Shown here in pieces: positions 45,627-55,366 of a DNA stretch of 64,000 nt; within the stretch, counting starts at the first letter, position 1; each line of letters begins with the position of its first letter. The position numbers were made by a program, and so were the translations under genes. The DNA is taken from the IMG/VR virus record IMGVR_UViG_3300042511_000879, positions 124,001 to 188,000 of that record. One strand, written 5' to 3'. Below the pieces are notes generated by a model. That model was given only the letters and a program-made list of their open reading frames with translations, did not search any database and was not told where the DNA came from.

Positions 45627-45929
45627 TTATTTTAAGTTAAAAAATCTTTTAAATCTGTTTTGGATTGAATAGTACTCTGGTGTTTCTGTTTCAATAACGA
45701 ATCTTCTTTTTTTCTTATCTGATAAATTATCAAAATCCATCCAGTTACTAATCATATCAGCCATTTCGCATATACCAGCGCTCTTAGCTCTTATTGTAAG
45801 TAATTTGTAGAAGTCTTCAGGACTTGTTTTTGTATAATCCACTAGTGTAGAAATCTTAGGTTCTTTAGCAACATAAGGTTTTTGATTTCTTAATAATTGT
45901 GAAGCGGCAATTGCAGAATATGGAAACAT
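45627..45929 (-). CDS. Hypothetical protein
   Basis: First gene after a promoter cassette. Confidence 0.55.
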   Translation of the reverse strand: MFPYSAIAASQLLRNQKPYVAKEPKISTLVDYTKTSPEDFYKLLTIRAKSAGICEMADMISNWMDFDNLSDKKKRRFVIETETPEYYSIQNRFKRFFNLK

Positions 45930-45954
45930 AATAGTTCTTTGTTTTAATTAGATA

Positions 45955-46013
45955 TGTAAATATAATCAATAGTTTTGAATCCGGAAACTATTTTGTGTTA
46001 AATTTATGTTAAA
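45955..46013 (-). promoter_or_regulatory. Early-type promoter cassette 4
   Basis: TTTAACATAAATTTAAC box, TTTCCGG, TATATTTACA. Confidence 0.75.
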
Positions 46014-46444
46014 ATTTCACAATATGTTTCGTAGTCAATATTCTTAGAAGTGTGCGAAATCTTTTTCATAGTTCGGGCTCTTTCCAAGATTCGTGCAACA
46101 ATTAATTGATCAGCCTCTTGGTCTTCCGGCCAGTCATTGTATAACCATTTGAACTCCTTTATTTCGTCTAACTGCCATTCAATTGTGGCATTCATCCCTC
46201 GATTAATCAGTTCACTTCTAAGAGCATTAAACCTGAGATGGATATACAACAATTTGTCATAAAAGAATGTAACGTGTCCACTTCCAAGTGTAAAAGATTG
46301 TTGAATATTACCTAACATCGACTTTCCCTCTTTCCTGGCCCTTTTAATTGCAAGAGCATTAGTCCTCAGGATTTCTCGATACTCTGCAACAAGGTGCTGG
46401 TCGCATAATTTTATCGGTCGGATATGTGCATTAATTCGTGTCAT
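46004..46444 (-). CDS. denV: Pyrimidine-dimer DNA glycosylase (T4 endonuclease V family)
   Basis: MTRIN...L.DQHL.AEYRE; F.LG.GHV.FFYDKL.Y...R...L..E...RG. Confidence 0.9.
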   Translation of the reverse strand: MTRINAHIRPIKLCDQHLVAEYREILRTNALAIKRARKEGKSMLGNIQQSFTLGSGHVTFFYDKLLYIHLRFNALRSELINRGMNATIEWQLDEIKEFKWLYNDWPEDQEADQLIVARILERARTMKKISHTSKNIDYETYCEILT

Positions 46445-46445
46445 A

Positions 46446-46682
46446 TTAATCTCCTGAATCTACAGTATGAATTACAGTGTAGGTCTGGTCTTCAATAAGG
46501 ACATCAAACCCATACTCATTATAACATCTGCCTAAGTTTCTTTGAGTTCCCGAACCAGGTACTTTGAATTCTTGCAGGGCTCGATAATCTTCACCCGTTT
46601 GTTTGTTCCATCCATTTGCGGTGCCTAAATTAATTACACCATCTTTTGCCTGTTTTACTAATTGTAGTTGTTGGTAGTTCAT
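46446..46682 (-). CDS. Hypothetical protein
   Basis: First gene after a promoter cassette. Confidence 0.55.
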   Translation of the reverse strand: MNYQQLQLVKQAKDGVINLGTANGWNKQTGEDYRALQEFKVPGSGTQRNLGRCYNEYGFDVLIEDQTYTVIHTVDSGD

Positions 46683-46702
46683 ATTTTTGGTTTTAATTAT
46701 AG

Positions 46703-46761
46703 TGTAAATATAAACAAAAAACCCCAGACTAAAAAATCTGGAGTGTTAAAATTATGTTAAA
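46703..46761 (-). promoter_or_regulatory. Early-type promoter cassette 5, with hairpin
   Basis: TTTAACATAATTTTAAC box; CTCCAGA/TCTGGGG stem; TATATTTACA. Confidence 0.75.
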
Positions 46762-46767
46762 GTTTTG

Positions 46768-46932
46768 TTAACCTAAAAATTCTTCGTCTTCATCGAAATC
46801 AAGAAGATTATCCGTCTTAGTCTCTTTTTTAATCTCATTTCCATTATCATCTAAATGAGGAGCCCTATGTAATTCGTATGCTACATATATACCTACAATT
46901 ACAAAATAAATTATAACTGCTAGTCCCACCAT
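46768..46932 (-). CDS. Small single-pass membrane protein (54 aa), not in the ORF track
   Basis: Hand translation MVGLAVIIYFVIVGIYVAYELHRAPHLDD...EEFLG*. Confidence 0.5.
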   Translation of the reverse strand: MVGLAVIIYFVIVGIYVAYELHRAPHLDDNGNEIKKETKTDNLLDFDEDEEFLG

Positions 46933-47555
46933 CGTTCGATATTTTGTTCCATTAATTTGAATAACAATTTTCTTGCTCGGTCATGATTAATGTGTCCGAT
47001 GTTCATTGCAATTATTTGTTTGTCCTCTTCGCGACCCTTTCTACCAAAAACTCCTTCTCCGTTTAGAACCTTTTTATAAATCAGTGGATATTTCTTAAAG
47101 TAGTCATCAAAGTTCTCTTCTAATAATTTGGACTCCCAAGAAGATAGGGTTGGTTTGTCCGGAACAGGTTCAAACCAATGTTTTGTTTTGTGATAGTCGG
47201 AGTACTCAGAACTATAAAACTCGTCTTGAACCAGTCCCATTAACTTAACGCATAATCTCATAGTACGGGCATCCTCTTGGGCTCTGGTATGTAAATCTCT
47301 ACGACCAATGTAATCAGCCTGTGCTGAAATTTTATGTTTCATTATCTCAAAGATATAGTGAGAATCCCAGTGACGGTCCTTCCAAATAATAGGCAACCAA
47401 TACCAAACGCTTTTTATTCCTCGTTTAAATGTTGTATGCATATACCTACCATCATGATTCCACCAAATCGGAATGTATCGAAGTTTTTTTACAATCCAAG
47501 GTTTTTTGGCTCTTTCATCTGCCCATTGGTCAAAAATGTCTAATTCTGGTTCCAT
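46920..47555 (-). CDS. Conserved phage hypothetical protein
   Basis: W.PIIWKDR.WD..Y pattern and WWD C-terminus. Confidence 0.6.
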   Translation of the reverse strand: MEPELDIFDQWADERAKKPWIVKKLRYIPIWWNHDGRYMHTTFKRGIKSVWYWLPIIWKDRHWDSHYIFEIMKHKISAQADYIGRRDLHTRAQEDARTMRLCVKLMGLVQDEFYSSEYSDYHKTKHWFEPVPDKPTLSSWESKLLEENFDDYFKKYPLIYKKVLNGEGVFGRKGREEDKQIIAMNIGHINHDRARKLLFKLMEQNIERWWD

Positions 47556-47559
47556 ATCT

Positions 47560-47994
47560 TTATATTAATTTTAGTGCTTCAAATAATCCTTCCTCAAGGG
47601 CATCTTCCCATTTTCGGTGAAGTCCCCAATCAACTCCATTTGGAAGATTCTGCCAATCCCATTCCTCAGCTGCTAAATTCATTGGATTGCCAATAAATCT
47701 ACTAATCATGTAGCAAAATTTAGGAGCGGAGGTCTGGTCAATATCTACGTCTACATAGATTTGATGTACTTTTCGCAACCATTTTTGCAATAAGGCCTGA
47801 GTCGGCGCAGAATATCTTAAAGAATCATAATCAATATGGTCATCTTCATAATCAAATGGAGACTCGTTAACAATATCGTAATAATTGCCAAATTCTCCTT
47901 TTAAATCATAAGCATTATTAACAGGTACATTAAATCCCTTTTCTTTAGATAATTGGGCTACTTCGAATGTTATATATTGTTCTTCCATTACCAA
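47560..47994 (-). CDS. Conserved phage hypothetical protein
   Basis: FE.A.L.KEKGF...SAPTQ.LLQKWLR..H pattern. Confidence 0.6.
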   Translation of the reverse strand: MVMEEQYITFEVAQLSKEKGFNVPVNNAYDLKGEFGNYYDIVNESPFDYEDDHIDYDSLRYSAPTQALLQKWLRKVHQIYVDVDIDQTSAPKFCYMISRFIGNPMNLAAEEWDWQNLPNGVDWGLHRKWEDALEEGLFEALKLI

Positions 47995-48182
47995 TCCTCT
48001 TCGTGACTTATATCTAATGTTGTTCCAGTTTTATGGCTCTTAACCACTACTCCCATACCCATTCCATACGGGGTGAATGTATAATCATAGTGACCGTACT
48101 CTCCAAAGAGTTCTTTAATCTTTGCTTGCCATTCTTGGAGTTCCGCCTCCTGTCTTTCGGTTAATGTAAAACTTCTTGTCAT
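47988..48182 (-). CDS. Hypothetical protein
   Basis: 64 aa ORF with overlaps. Confidence 0.5.
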   Translation of the reverse strand: MTRSFTLTERQEAELQEWQAKIKELFGEYGHYDYTFTPYGMGMGVVVKSHKTGTTLDISHEEDW

Positions 48183-48859
48183 AGCTCATAACACGTTCTA
48201 AGTAACATTACTACATCCATTGCATCTTCGACTGCATTGTGAGTTACCACACCATCGATTCCTGCACGTTTTTTACATTCGTCCAATCCTGGAACGCTCT
48301 CATCGTTAATCCAATCAACAAATAGGATTCCTGGGTCCAATACTCTACTACGAATTGAAAAGACTTGTTTCCATCTTGGAAGTTTCTCTAAGAATTTCTT
48401 GTCAAATCCTGCAAAGTTTTTACCAGCACATGTCAAGTAGGTTTTTACCATATTTGAACCTAAAATTGGATATGGAATACCATCGACTATTTTCATTTGT
48501 TTATTTAAAAAGTTAGGGTCTAAATCAACCAAACCATTTCTATAACAAAATTGATATAGTGCCTCTACTACCTCATCTTCATGATAAAACTTGGCTCCAA
48601 ATGATTCCTCAACCAGTTTCTTTTCATCTTCGGTACGGGCTTCAGAATAGTCCTTCATCGCCTGAATTAAATCCTTGTTTAAATTTAAGGCAAAGATACT
48701 ACCATAAACACTTTCGCGTTTTATAACCGCGTGGAATTTTGGTAGGTCTTCGAATGGAAGTTGATTTAAAGTGTCTTCAATCACTGCTCCTATTGAAAGG
48801 ATTTGATTAAATTCAGAGTCTAATCCTGTAGTTTCGATATCGATGGAAATGTACTTCAT
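48179..48859 (-). CDS. DEDDh 3'-5' exonuclease (DnaQ/oligoribonuclease-like)
   Basis: IDIETTG, G.NF.GFD, H.A..DA. Confidence 0.85.
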   Translation of the reverse strand: MKYISIDIETTGLDSEFNQILSIGAVIEDTLNQLPFEDLPKFHAVIKRESVYGSIFALNLNKDLIQAMKDYSEARTEDEKKLVEESFGAKFYHEDEVVEALYQFCYRNGLVDLDPNFLNKQMKIVDGIPYPILGSNMVKTYLTCAGKNFAGFDKKFLEKLPRWKQVFSIRSRVLDPGILFVDWINDESVPGLDECKKRAGIDGVVTHNAVEDAMDVVMLLRTCYEL

Positions 48860-49071
48860 AATCCTTTTTCTTTTTTATATATTTCTAATAGTTTTTTATA
48901 AGAATAGTTAGGAGATTTATTTACCTCATTAAATATACACCATTCTGCAAACTCAATAGCAAATTCACCTGCTAGCCTTTCATGTTCAATAGCAACTTCC
49001 TCTACAGTACCTTCATAATGCTCTTCAACATCATTAATAAACCATTGTTGGAATCTTTCGTTTAGTGTCAT
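48856..49071 (-). CDS. Hypothetical protein
   Basis: 71 aa ORF. Confidence 0.5.
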   Translation of the reverse strand: MTLNERFQQWFINDVEEHYEGTVEEVAIEHERLAGEFAIEFAEWCIFNEVNKSPNYSYKKLLEIYKKEKGL

Positions 49072-49080
49072 AATTATATC

Positions 49081-49443
49081 TTAAATTCGTGAAAAGTTTA
49101 CAAATTCTGTCGCCTTTCTGGCATCATTGAATATCTTTAAGGCACTTTTCATGCTTACTTTTCTACCTGTTCTGGTAGTTAATAGTTCGAATCCTGACTC
49201 TTCGAATCGGTCATCAACTCCCCAAAATAAATAATAGTTCGATACCTTTTGGCCAGTCTTCTTATTATAAGAAGTCTTGTAGGTTGTTTTTTCAAACCTA
49301 CCCCATTTTGGTGAAACGTATGGTCTTTGTGTTGATGCTCCAAGCGCAATTACACTTGGAAGTTCTTTGCCATCTTCTAATCGCTGGAAGCTCATTAAGA
49401 TTTCTACCGTTTTAAGGTCTTTATGTACTATGAAATTTCCCAT
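49081..49443 (-). CDS. Hypothetical protein
   Basis: 120 aa ORF. Confidence 0.55.
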   Translation of the reverse strand: MGNFIVHKDLKTVEILMSFQRLEDGKELPSVIALGASTQRPYVSPKWGRFEKTTYKTSYNKKTGQKVSNYYLFWGVDDRFEESGFELLTTRTGRKVSMKSALKIFNDARKATEFVNFSRI

Positions 49444-49444
49444 C

Positions 49445-49666
49445 TTATTCCTCTAGTTTTACAAATTCATATGTACCCTTAATCAAACTGTTTAGGGCAA
49501 TTCCTTGCGATTCGGCGTTCGCAAATTCTTGATAGACCCCTGCAGGTACCTCAATATATCTGTAAGTCGCATGGCCAAAAACCACATAAAGGTTTTTACT
49601 CTCATACTCGTATGTCGATGCTTTAATCGTGGACGAATCATAAATGTTTGTTTGTGTTTTAATCAT
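49445..49666 (-). CDS. KTSC-domain protein
   Basis: SS.I....Y......L.V.F....Y.Y..VP..VY..F..A.S.G...N..IK. Confidence 0.85.
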   Translation of the reverse strand: MIKTQTNIYDSSTIKASTYEYESKNLYVVFGHATYRYIEVPAGVYQEFANAESQGIALNSLIKGTYEFVKLEE

Positions 49667-49853
49667 TTTCTTGTTCTTTTGCTACTAAATTTCTATGTTT
49701 TTCAGTAAGTGTCACTACTAATTCTTTGTAGGTGTCGACCGCGTCGTTTGCATTAACTGTTTTAGCTCTGATCAAGTCTAATGTCTTAGCATCTTTAATC
49801 ATGATTGTGTCTACACTTAATTCTACCAAAATACTTCCAATTACTGTTTTCAT
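49659..49853 (-). CDS. Hypothetical protein
   Basis: First gene after a promoter cassette. Confidence 0.5.
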   Translation of the reverse strand: MKTVIGSILVELSVDTIMIKDAKTLDLIRAKTVNANDAVDTYKELVVTLTEKHRNLVAKEQEND

Positions 49854-49887
49854 GTGATTTGTTTTTAAATTGTTGTTTTAATTATAA

Positions 49888-49946
49888 TGTAAATATAATC
49901 AATATGTATGATTCCGGAAAATCAGGAGTGTTAAAATTATGTTAAA
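49888..49946 (-). promoter_or_regulatory. Early-type promoter cassette 6
   Basis: TTTAACATAATTTTAAC box; TTTTCCGG-N16-TATATTTACA. Confidence 0.75.
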
Positions 49947-50532
49947 GTTTATTGAGTGGATATTCATTGTTCTCGCATTCGTCCCGTTCAGGGTGCCACT
50001 GAACTGCCCAAATCCTCTTCTCTAAGTCTTGAAATCCTTCAACAGTACCATCAGTAGCCCTGTGGGTAATCTCAAAGTTCAATGGAACCCAACGACAGTG
50101 CTGGTGGTGACGTGAATTAACGGTCTTTGAATCTCCATCAATATCATATATTTGATGAAACTGGGATAGTCTAAATGAATGATCGTCATCGTCGTCAAAT
50201 GTATCATTGAGATGATTTTCAGTAAGATGTTCGGATATATTTTCAACCTCTCCGCCAAAGTAAACATTTAAGAGTTGCATTCCTCGACAAATTCCAATAA
50301 TTGGTTGGCCATTTTCAAGGGCACTAGTAATCCATTCGGTTTCTCTAGCATCTCTTTTAGGACTTTTACCAATATCTCCACCTCCGCAAAGTATTAATGG
50401 AGCATCGATGTTTTTACATTCGGTTCCTAAGAAATATGGTTTAAAACCATTTTCAATTAACCATTCGCGGTACATCTGCTTTTCAAGTTCTCCATATGGC
50501 GGAGCCACTAATACTTTAGGTGTTTTAATCAT
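49942..50532 (-). CDS. Class I glutamine amidotransferase / peptidase C26 (PuuD-like)
   Basis: GG.DI, GICRGMQ.LNV..GG, VNS.HHQ, DG.VE, VQWHPE. Confidence 0.85.
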   Translation of the reverse strand: MIKTPKVLVAPPYGELEKQMYREWLIENGFKPYFLGTECKNIDAPLILCGGGDIGKSPKRDARETEWITSALENGQPIIGICRGMQLLNVYFGGEVENISEHLTENHLNDTFDDDDDHSFRLSQFHQIYDIDGDSKTVNSRHHQHCRWVPLNFEITHRATDGTVEGFQDLEKRIWAVQWHPERDECENNEYPLNKL

Positions 50533-50936
50533 TAAAATGTGTTATTATAAACCTGTCGGCCTTCAGCATGTTCATCACATAGGGTTGCAAGCCAACTTCC
50601 ACCTCTGAGTTCTCCTAGTTCTCCGCACTTTTCACAAGTAATATATGAGGCATCTTCAGCCAAACGGATTCGACTGTAAACATCTTCACTAACTCCATTT
50701 GTATAGAATCGTAGTCCTCCAAACTTTTCTTTAACTTGACAAATCTGTTTGTCCCATCCAAGTTCAATAAGGTCTACTATAAGTCTCTTTAAGATTCCTA
50801 GCCAACCATTATCTACGGCAAAGTAACCTCTAGCAGTAATGGGATCCCGTCCAGTGTAGTAACCATTTTCAAGTCCTCCGATGCCTTTTAAAAAAGCCTC
50901 AAAGTCCTCATCGGTCATATAGTTATTGTTCTTCAT
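50532..50936 (-). CDS. Conserved phage protein with zinc-ribbon C-terminus
   Basis: GW..I...QVKEKFGGLRFY...CE.CG...W..TLC..H. Confidence 0.65.
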   Translation of the reverse strand: MKNNNYMTDEDFEAFLKGIGGLENGYYTGRDPITARGYFAVDNGWLGILKRLIVDLIELGWDKQICQVKEKFGGLRFYTNGVSEDVYSRIRLAEDASYITCEKCGELGELRGGSWLATLCDEHAEGRQVYNNTF

Positions 50937-51307
50937 TATTTTATTTGGCTATAAAGTTTGGTTAATATTGTCTCTTTTTTACCACGGATTACCTCTTCAA
51001 GGTCTGTTCGCTGTTTCGATACTTCCTCTCTGATTCTTTTAACAGCTCTTTCCGTTACTTTTGCATTCAGATTTAATGGATAGATTTGTTTTGTGTTAAC
51101 AATTTCTGCCTTTTCGGCATCGATAATTAGGTCAAGGTGAAGCGATGGTACTTGGATATAAAATTTTGCCACATCCGGATCTTTAAGAGGTGTTTCAGCC
51201 TTAGGGTGATACAACAACTTTAGAATATTTCGGTAACCTCTTAAGTCTTCCGAAGATAATTCTTGTCTAAATTTTTTAGCAAATTTAATCTTAGTTCTTC
51301 TAAACAT
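50936..51307 (-). CDS. Hypothetical protein
   Basis: 123 aa ORF. Confidence 0.55.
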   Translation of the reverse strand: MFRRTKIKFAKKFRQELSSEDLRGYRNILKLLYHPKAETPLKDPDVAKFYIQVPSLHLDLIIDAEKAEIVNTKQIYPLNLNAKVTERAVKRIREEVSKQRTDLEEVIRGKKETILTKLYSQIK

Positions 51308-51313
51308 AACCTT

Positions 51314-51889
51314 TTATTTTAAAAATTGTAAAATCTTTTCTTTAACACCTTGCTGTTTAATTCCTTCTGCCATTTTTGGAGTATTAACAAAGTTAGATAG
51401 TCCCCATACTTGTTCCTTTCCATGAGAATCCGCTTCTCCTAATTCTAAGTCATCAACGCAAACCCAATTGGTAATTTCTGGATGATCGGTTAGATATTGT
51501 CGAACTTCGATAGAACGCTGCTGTTCGTACATTGTTCTTCGGGTCCATTCAAATTCATCTGGTTTATCACAACCAATATATCTTTTAGTGAATGCGATAG
51601 GTTTCTTTAAGATTCCCTGTGATTCGTAGTATTCTCCAATTTCCTCTAAGTTTGCATGTAACCTCCAGTCGGAACTTACTACTATTTCGGCACAAGTCTC
51701 TTCCAAGATTTGGTTTAATACCTTAATTGCTTTTTTATCAAAGTTGTCAAATCGTATGTCAACCGGAGCTATAGTATCGCTAGTCGCTTCAGGATTAAGT
51801 TTTTTGTACTTAGCCCATTTCTTTGAACGACCTCCCCAGTTATTATCTAGGCATATTACTCCGTCATTGTCTAAAAATATTACTTTCAT
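51314..51889 (-). CDS. HAD phosphatase of the 'Swiss Army Knife RNA repair-like' type
   Basis: VIFLDNDGVI, IVVSSDWR, WVCVDD, EGI. Confidence 0.75.
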   Translation of the reverse strand: MKVIFLDNDGVICLDNNWGGRSKKWAKYKKLNPEATSDTIAPVDIRFDNFDKKAIKVLNQILEETCAEIVVSSDWRLHANLEEIGEYYESQGILKKPIAFTKRYIGCDKPDEFEWTRRTMYEQQRSIEVRQYLTDHPEITNWVCVDDLELGEADSHGKEQVWGLSNFVNTPKMAEGIKQQGVKEKILQFLK

Positions 51890-51890
51890 C

Positions 51891-52115
51891 CTAGTTTCTA
51901 ATTAATTCTATTTTTGTATTCTTGTAGTGCTCTACTAGTTTATCTTTAAGATGTCTTTTAACTTCCCAACTTAAATCTGTTTGGGTTGAAAGCCATTTAT
52001 GGTACAAATCTATTAAATTTCTGGAACGAATTATCTGTTGCATTGTAGTGCATGAATTAATCGTTTTAACTATCCATTCCTCGATTTCCATTGGTGTATT
52101 TCCTTCTGCTGCCAT
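51891..52115 (-). CDS. Hypothetical protein
   Basis: 74 aa ORF. Confidence 0.5.
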   Translation of the reverse strand: MAAEGNTPMEIEEWIVKTINSCTTMQQIIRSRNLIDLYHKWLSTQTDLSWEVKRHLKDKLVEHYKNTKIELIRN

Positions 52116-52116
52116 A

Positions 52117-52323
52117 CTATAATTTTGTTAGTGGTACCCATTGTCCGTCTTTAAACTTATGTGGGATTCCGTTAATAGTTCTGAATTGTGAATGAGGGTC
52201 TACATTGATTTCCTCTTTCTTGAGTTTTCCAAGTACGTTTTCAAAGTCCTCTTGGGATGTCCTCCGTCTTACCGTACTTGGGTCAACTTTCTTCTTTCTA
52301 CGAGGTCCATTATAATATGCCAT
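52117..52323 (-). CDS. Small basic protein
   Basis: Start reassigned to MAYYNGPRRKKK. Confidence 0.5.
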   Translation of the reverse strand: MAYYNGPRRKKKVDPSTVRRRTSQEDFENVLGKLKKEEINVDPHSQFRTINGIPHKFKDGQWVPLTKL

Positions 52324-52325
52324 AG

Positions 52326-52730
52326 TTATACAGTATGTTCGATTCTTACACGGATGCAATTCTGAGGCAATCTATGAATATGTCTATAGTTATTAATATA
52401 ACCCATCATATTTGCACTACCAACTGCATTTGCAGAGTGTATTACAACATCAACAACATTAGCTCCATCCAACCATTGATTGACCAACCATTTAGTGCAA
52501 TCCATTCCAGTCTTTTCTGTAATATTATCATAGTTCAATTCGTAATTGTGGTACACATTTTTATGCCATTCGGCCATTGCAGTGTCTCCTAGGTCATGGT
52601 CTAATGAAATCAAGTCAATATTTTCAAGTCCAATTTCGGTAACTTTTTCTACAAATTCATCGTAACTTCTAACAACAACCCAGTCTTTTTCAACCGGTGT
52701 TCTTACGTCATCTAAATATACTCTAATCAT
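52326..52730 (-). CDS. Cyclic-phosphate-processing receiver domain protein
   Basis: YLDDVRTP, VRSYDEF, ISLDHDLG, TG.D, IHSAN.VG..NM. Confidence 0.75.
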   Translation of the reverse strand: MIRVYLDDVRTPVEKDWVVVRSYDEFVEKVTEIGLENIDLISLDHDLGDTAMAEWHKNVYHNYELNYDNITEKTGMDCTKWLVNQWLDGANVVDVVIHSANAVGSANMMGYINNYRHIHRLPQNCIRVRIEHTV

Positions 52731-52753
52731 TTTGCGTTTGTTTTAATTTGATA

Positions 52754-52812
52754 TGTAAATATAATCAATAAGTTTGAATCGGGAAAACTTTAACTGTTAA
52801 AATTATGTTAAA
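52754..52812 (-). promoter_or_regulatory. Early-type promoter cassette 7
   Basis: TTTAACATAATTTTAAC box; TTTTCCCG-N16-TATATTTACA. Confidence 0.75.
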
Positions 52813-54043
52813 GTTTTAATTTTGTAAGTATTCCTAAACCGTGAGATTCTTCATAATTATAGAAATTAAGATTGTATTTAATACTTAAATCTTCGCATGC
52901 CTTATACACTTCTGGAAAGGACAAGGTATCATGAAAAACGGTAATTTCTGCATGTTGAACACACCATTCCCCGCACTTGTAAGTATCTTCGTATGTGTGT
53001 ATAATATCAACATGAGCCATATTATATACTTCAGGATTATCTTTAATATAATCCTCGTATGAACTTCTAATAAGATTTATATTTGTAAATTCCGCAAGAT
53101 TTGATTTAGTAGCCTCAAGCATATCTTCTCTTAATCCAGCGTGTATGTCTCCAACGAAGGTATCGACCCCGTCTACTGTATTAAAGTAATTTGCAAAGGC
53201 AGATGTTGAATATCCAAATTCAACGCCGAATTCGATCGCTTTTTCTGTTTTTATACCTGATCTTTTTATTAAATCTTGCAAGATTGTTGGTATATTTCCC
53301 CAAGCTGTTGGTTGTTGGGTTGCCAACTTTGGCCATTCTCTAGTTTGAGGAGTAAAAATAGTGTGCATACTTTTGTTTTTTATATATTTATTAATAGTTG
53401 TTTCAATTAGCGGAGGATATACCGATCCACATTCGAATGTAGATTCAAAGTTTGCTTCTACGGAACCTATCCAAAATTCTTCTAGGTATATATTGGTAGT
53501 ATCGATTAAAAAATCAGCATTTAAGTTTCTTAAATGCTTATGGGTTGCCCACCAATAATTTCCACTAAAATGTGGATCATACCCTTCGTCATGTCGTCTG
53601 TAATTAGGGCCAATAGCGTCATATCCATCGTCTAGCATTTGGATATTAGGTAGCCAGTCGCAAAATGTAACCCAGTCACATGAATTTCTCCAATCATCTT
53701 GAAATATTTCGCGGGTAGTAACGCCCTTTGAATGAAAATAGCAATAATATCCTTCAACTTCATCTGCCATTTTTTTAAGATTTAGCAGTGTTATTTTAGA
53801 TTCTCGATAATCACTTGGATATTGTGATTTATCAATTTCAATGACAGTTGGAATTATCTTTTTATAGTCTTTAACAATATCTAAAAGCCATTGAATTCTG
53901 TCTCCATGTGGCGATGCTATATGCAATTGTATTGAATCGCATGCATCGTATAAACCACCTAAAAATAACTTAGTCAATTGGTCTTGGATTATACTTTTGT
54001 AATTACCATCTAGATATGTGTGATAAAAAACAATTTTTTTCAT
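52808..54043 (-). CDS. Two-domain protein: glycosyltransferase-like (YFHSKG) plus class I SAM-dependent methyltransferase
   Basis: N-half YCYFHSKG...HFSGNYWWA...E.WIG; C-half IEFGVEFGYS, VDTF, HVDIIHTYE, FHDT. Confidence 0.6.
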   Translation of the reverse strand: MKKIVFYHTYLDGNYKSIIQDQLTKLFLGGLYDACDSIQLHIASPHGDRIQWLLDIVKDYKKIIPTVIEIDKSQYPSDYRESKITLLNLKKMADEVEGYYCYFHSKGVTTREIFQDDWRNSCDWVTFCDWLPNIQMLDDGYDAIGPNYRRHDEGYDPHFSGNYWWATHKHLRNLNADFLIDTTNIYLEEFWIGSVEANFESTFECGSVYPPLIETTINKYIKNKSMHTIFTPQTREWPKLATQQPTAWGNIPTILQDLIKRSGIKTEKAIEFGVEFGYSTSAFANYFNTVDGVDTFVGDIHAGLREDMLEATKSNLAEFTNINLIRSSYEDYIKDNPEVYNMAHVDIIHTYEDTYKCGEWCVQHAEITVFHDTLSFPEVYKACEDLSIKYNLNFYNYEESHGLGILTKLKL

Positions 54044-54327
54044 TTCTTTAAATCTTTTAAATAGTTAACAAGTTCTTGTAGTTTGTCGGCATCTTTTGGA
54101 TTAAATATAAATTCATCGAATGCTCCGTAGTTGCATTGTCTTCCAAAAATGTATTTTAATCCGTACTTAACTCGTTCCAAAAATGGTCTTTTAGTTAAAT
54201 GTATATGAAAGTAACATGTTGGATATCTGTGTCCTTCAACCTCATCCTCATCATATAAGATAATAAGTTGATGGTCAGTCGAGTGACATGCACATATTAA
54301 AATTTCTTTGTCTTCAAGTTGTTTCAT
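54040..54327 (-). CDS. Conserved phage hypothetical protein
   Basis: C.C....H...ERVKYG.KYIFG....YGAFDE. Confidence 0.55.
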   Translation of the reverse strand: MKQLEDKEILICACHSTDHQLIILYDEDEVEGHRYPTCYFHIHLTKRPFLERVKYGLKYIFGRQCNYGAFDEFIFNPKDADKLQELVNYLKDLKK

Positions 54328-54346
54328 AAGTATTATATTTAAAAAA

Positions 54347-54601
54347 CTAGTTTTGTTTATAAACTCTTTTGTAAGCTCCGTAAATCCAACTATAGATTAT
54401 CATGATTGCACAGAAAGAATCTAAGATCGCTATAATCCATTTTACAAAGTCTGGTGTTGGGAATGTATCTGGACCTAACAATATTAATACACCAAACCCG
54501 GTAAATACCCAAACTAATCCTAGAAAACCGGCAACTATTCCTGCGATAAACGTAACTGTCGGTCCAACCAATTCCCAAATAAATTCTAAAAACTTTTTCA
54601 T
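54347..54601 (-). CDS. Small membrane protein
   Basis: Two hydrophobic segments. Confidence 0.55.
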   Translation of the reverse strand: MKKFLEFIWELVGPTVTFIAGIVAGFLGLVWVFTGFGVLILLGPDTFPTPDFVKWIIAILDSFCAIMIIYSWIYGAYKRVYKQN

Positions 54602-54603
54602 AA

Positions 54604-55344
54604 TTATATTTTTTCAAAAGTTGGTTTCAGCCACATCCCATTTTTAAAGATTAAATCTAAGAATCCTGGAATATCTTGGTCAACGTCAGCAAGTAGTCTA
54701 AAACTTCTTGGAGTATCATGTTTCATCATTTTTATGATTTCCTCTCTGATTCTCTCTCCACTTACAGTTTGTTCTAGTTTCTGTAAAATGTTTGGTTGCT
54801 TCATCGCATTCCAAATATCAGCGTGCATTTGAAAATCTTTAGTGATAGTAAATCTTAGTGCTCTTAGCAAACGAAGTGGGTCATCCATTAGGGTAGCGCT
54901 AGCGTGCATCGGAGTTCTTAAAATTCCAGCCTTTAAGTCCTCTACTCCACCGAATAGGTCAATAAGATTACCATCAACATCTTCTGCAAGGGCGTTTAGG
55001 GTAAAATCTCTACGAATTAAATCGTCTTCCAATGTTCCAAGTTCTAGGATAGGTCTACGGGTTCCTTCAACATATCCAACCTCTTTACGGGCCATTACAA
55101 AATCTGCAACCAGTCCGGCGAACTGATGGTCTTTTGGAAACTTAGCACGAATCGTAAAACAATCTGGAGTACTTAAGAAGATTTCAAAACCTTGGTCCGT
55201 CATCCAGTTTGTCATGATTTGAAAACCATCCTCAACCGTAAAACCTTTAGTATCTTCCAACACGAAAGTGAAATCTATATCTTTAGAGTCCAATCCAAGG
55301 AATTTATCTCGAATACATCCTCCAACACGGTAAATCTTTGCCAT
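54604..55344 (-). CDS. cca: tRNA nucleotidyltransferase (CCA-adding, class II), short form
   Basis: VGGCIRD, KDIDF, ARKE, EDDLIRRDFTLNAL, D.FGG..DL, DDPLR.LRA.RF, ER..EE..K. Confidence 0.85.
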   Translation of the reverse strand: MAKIYRVGGCIRDKFLGLDSKDIDFTFVLEDTKGFTVEDGFQIMTNWMTDQGFEIFLSTPDCFTIRAKFPKDHQFAGLVADFVMARKEVGYVEGTRRPILELGTLEDDLIRRDFTLNALAEDVDGNLIDLFGGVEDLKAGILRTPMHASATLMDDPLRLLRALRFTITKDFQMHADIWNAMKQPNILQKLEQTVSGERIREEIIKMMKHDTPRSFRLLADVDQDIPGFLDLIFKNGMWLKPTFEKI

Positions 55345-55366
55345 AATTTGTTTGTTTTAATTATAA

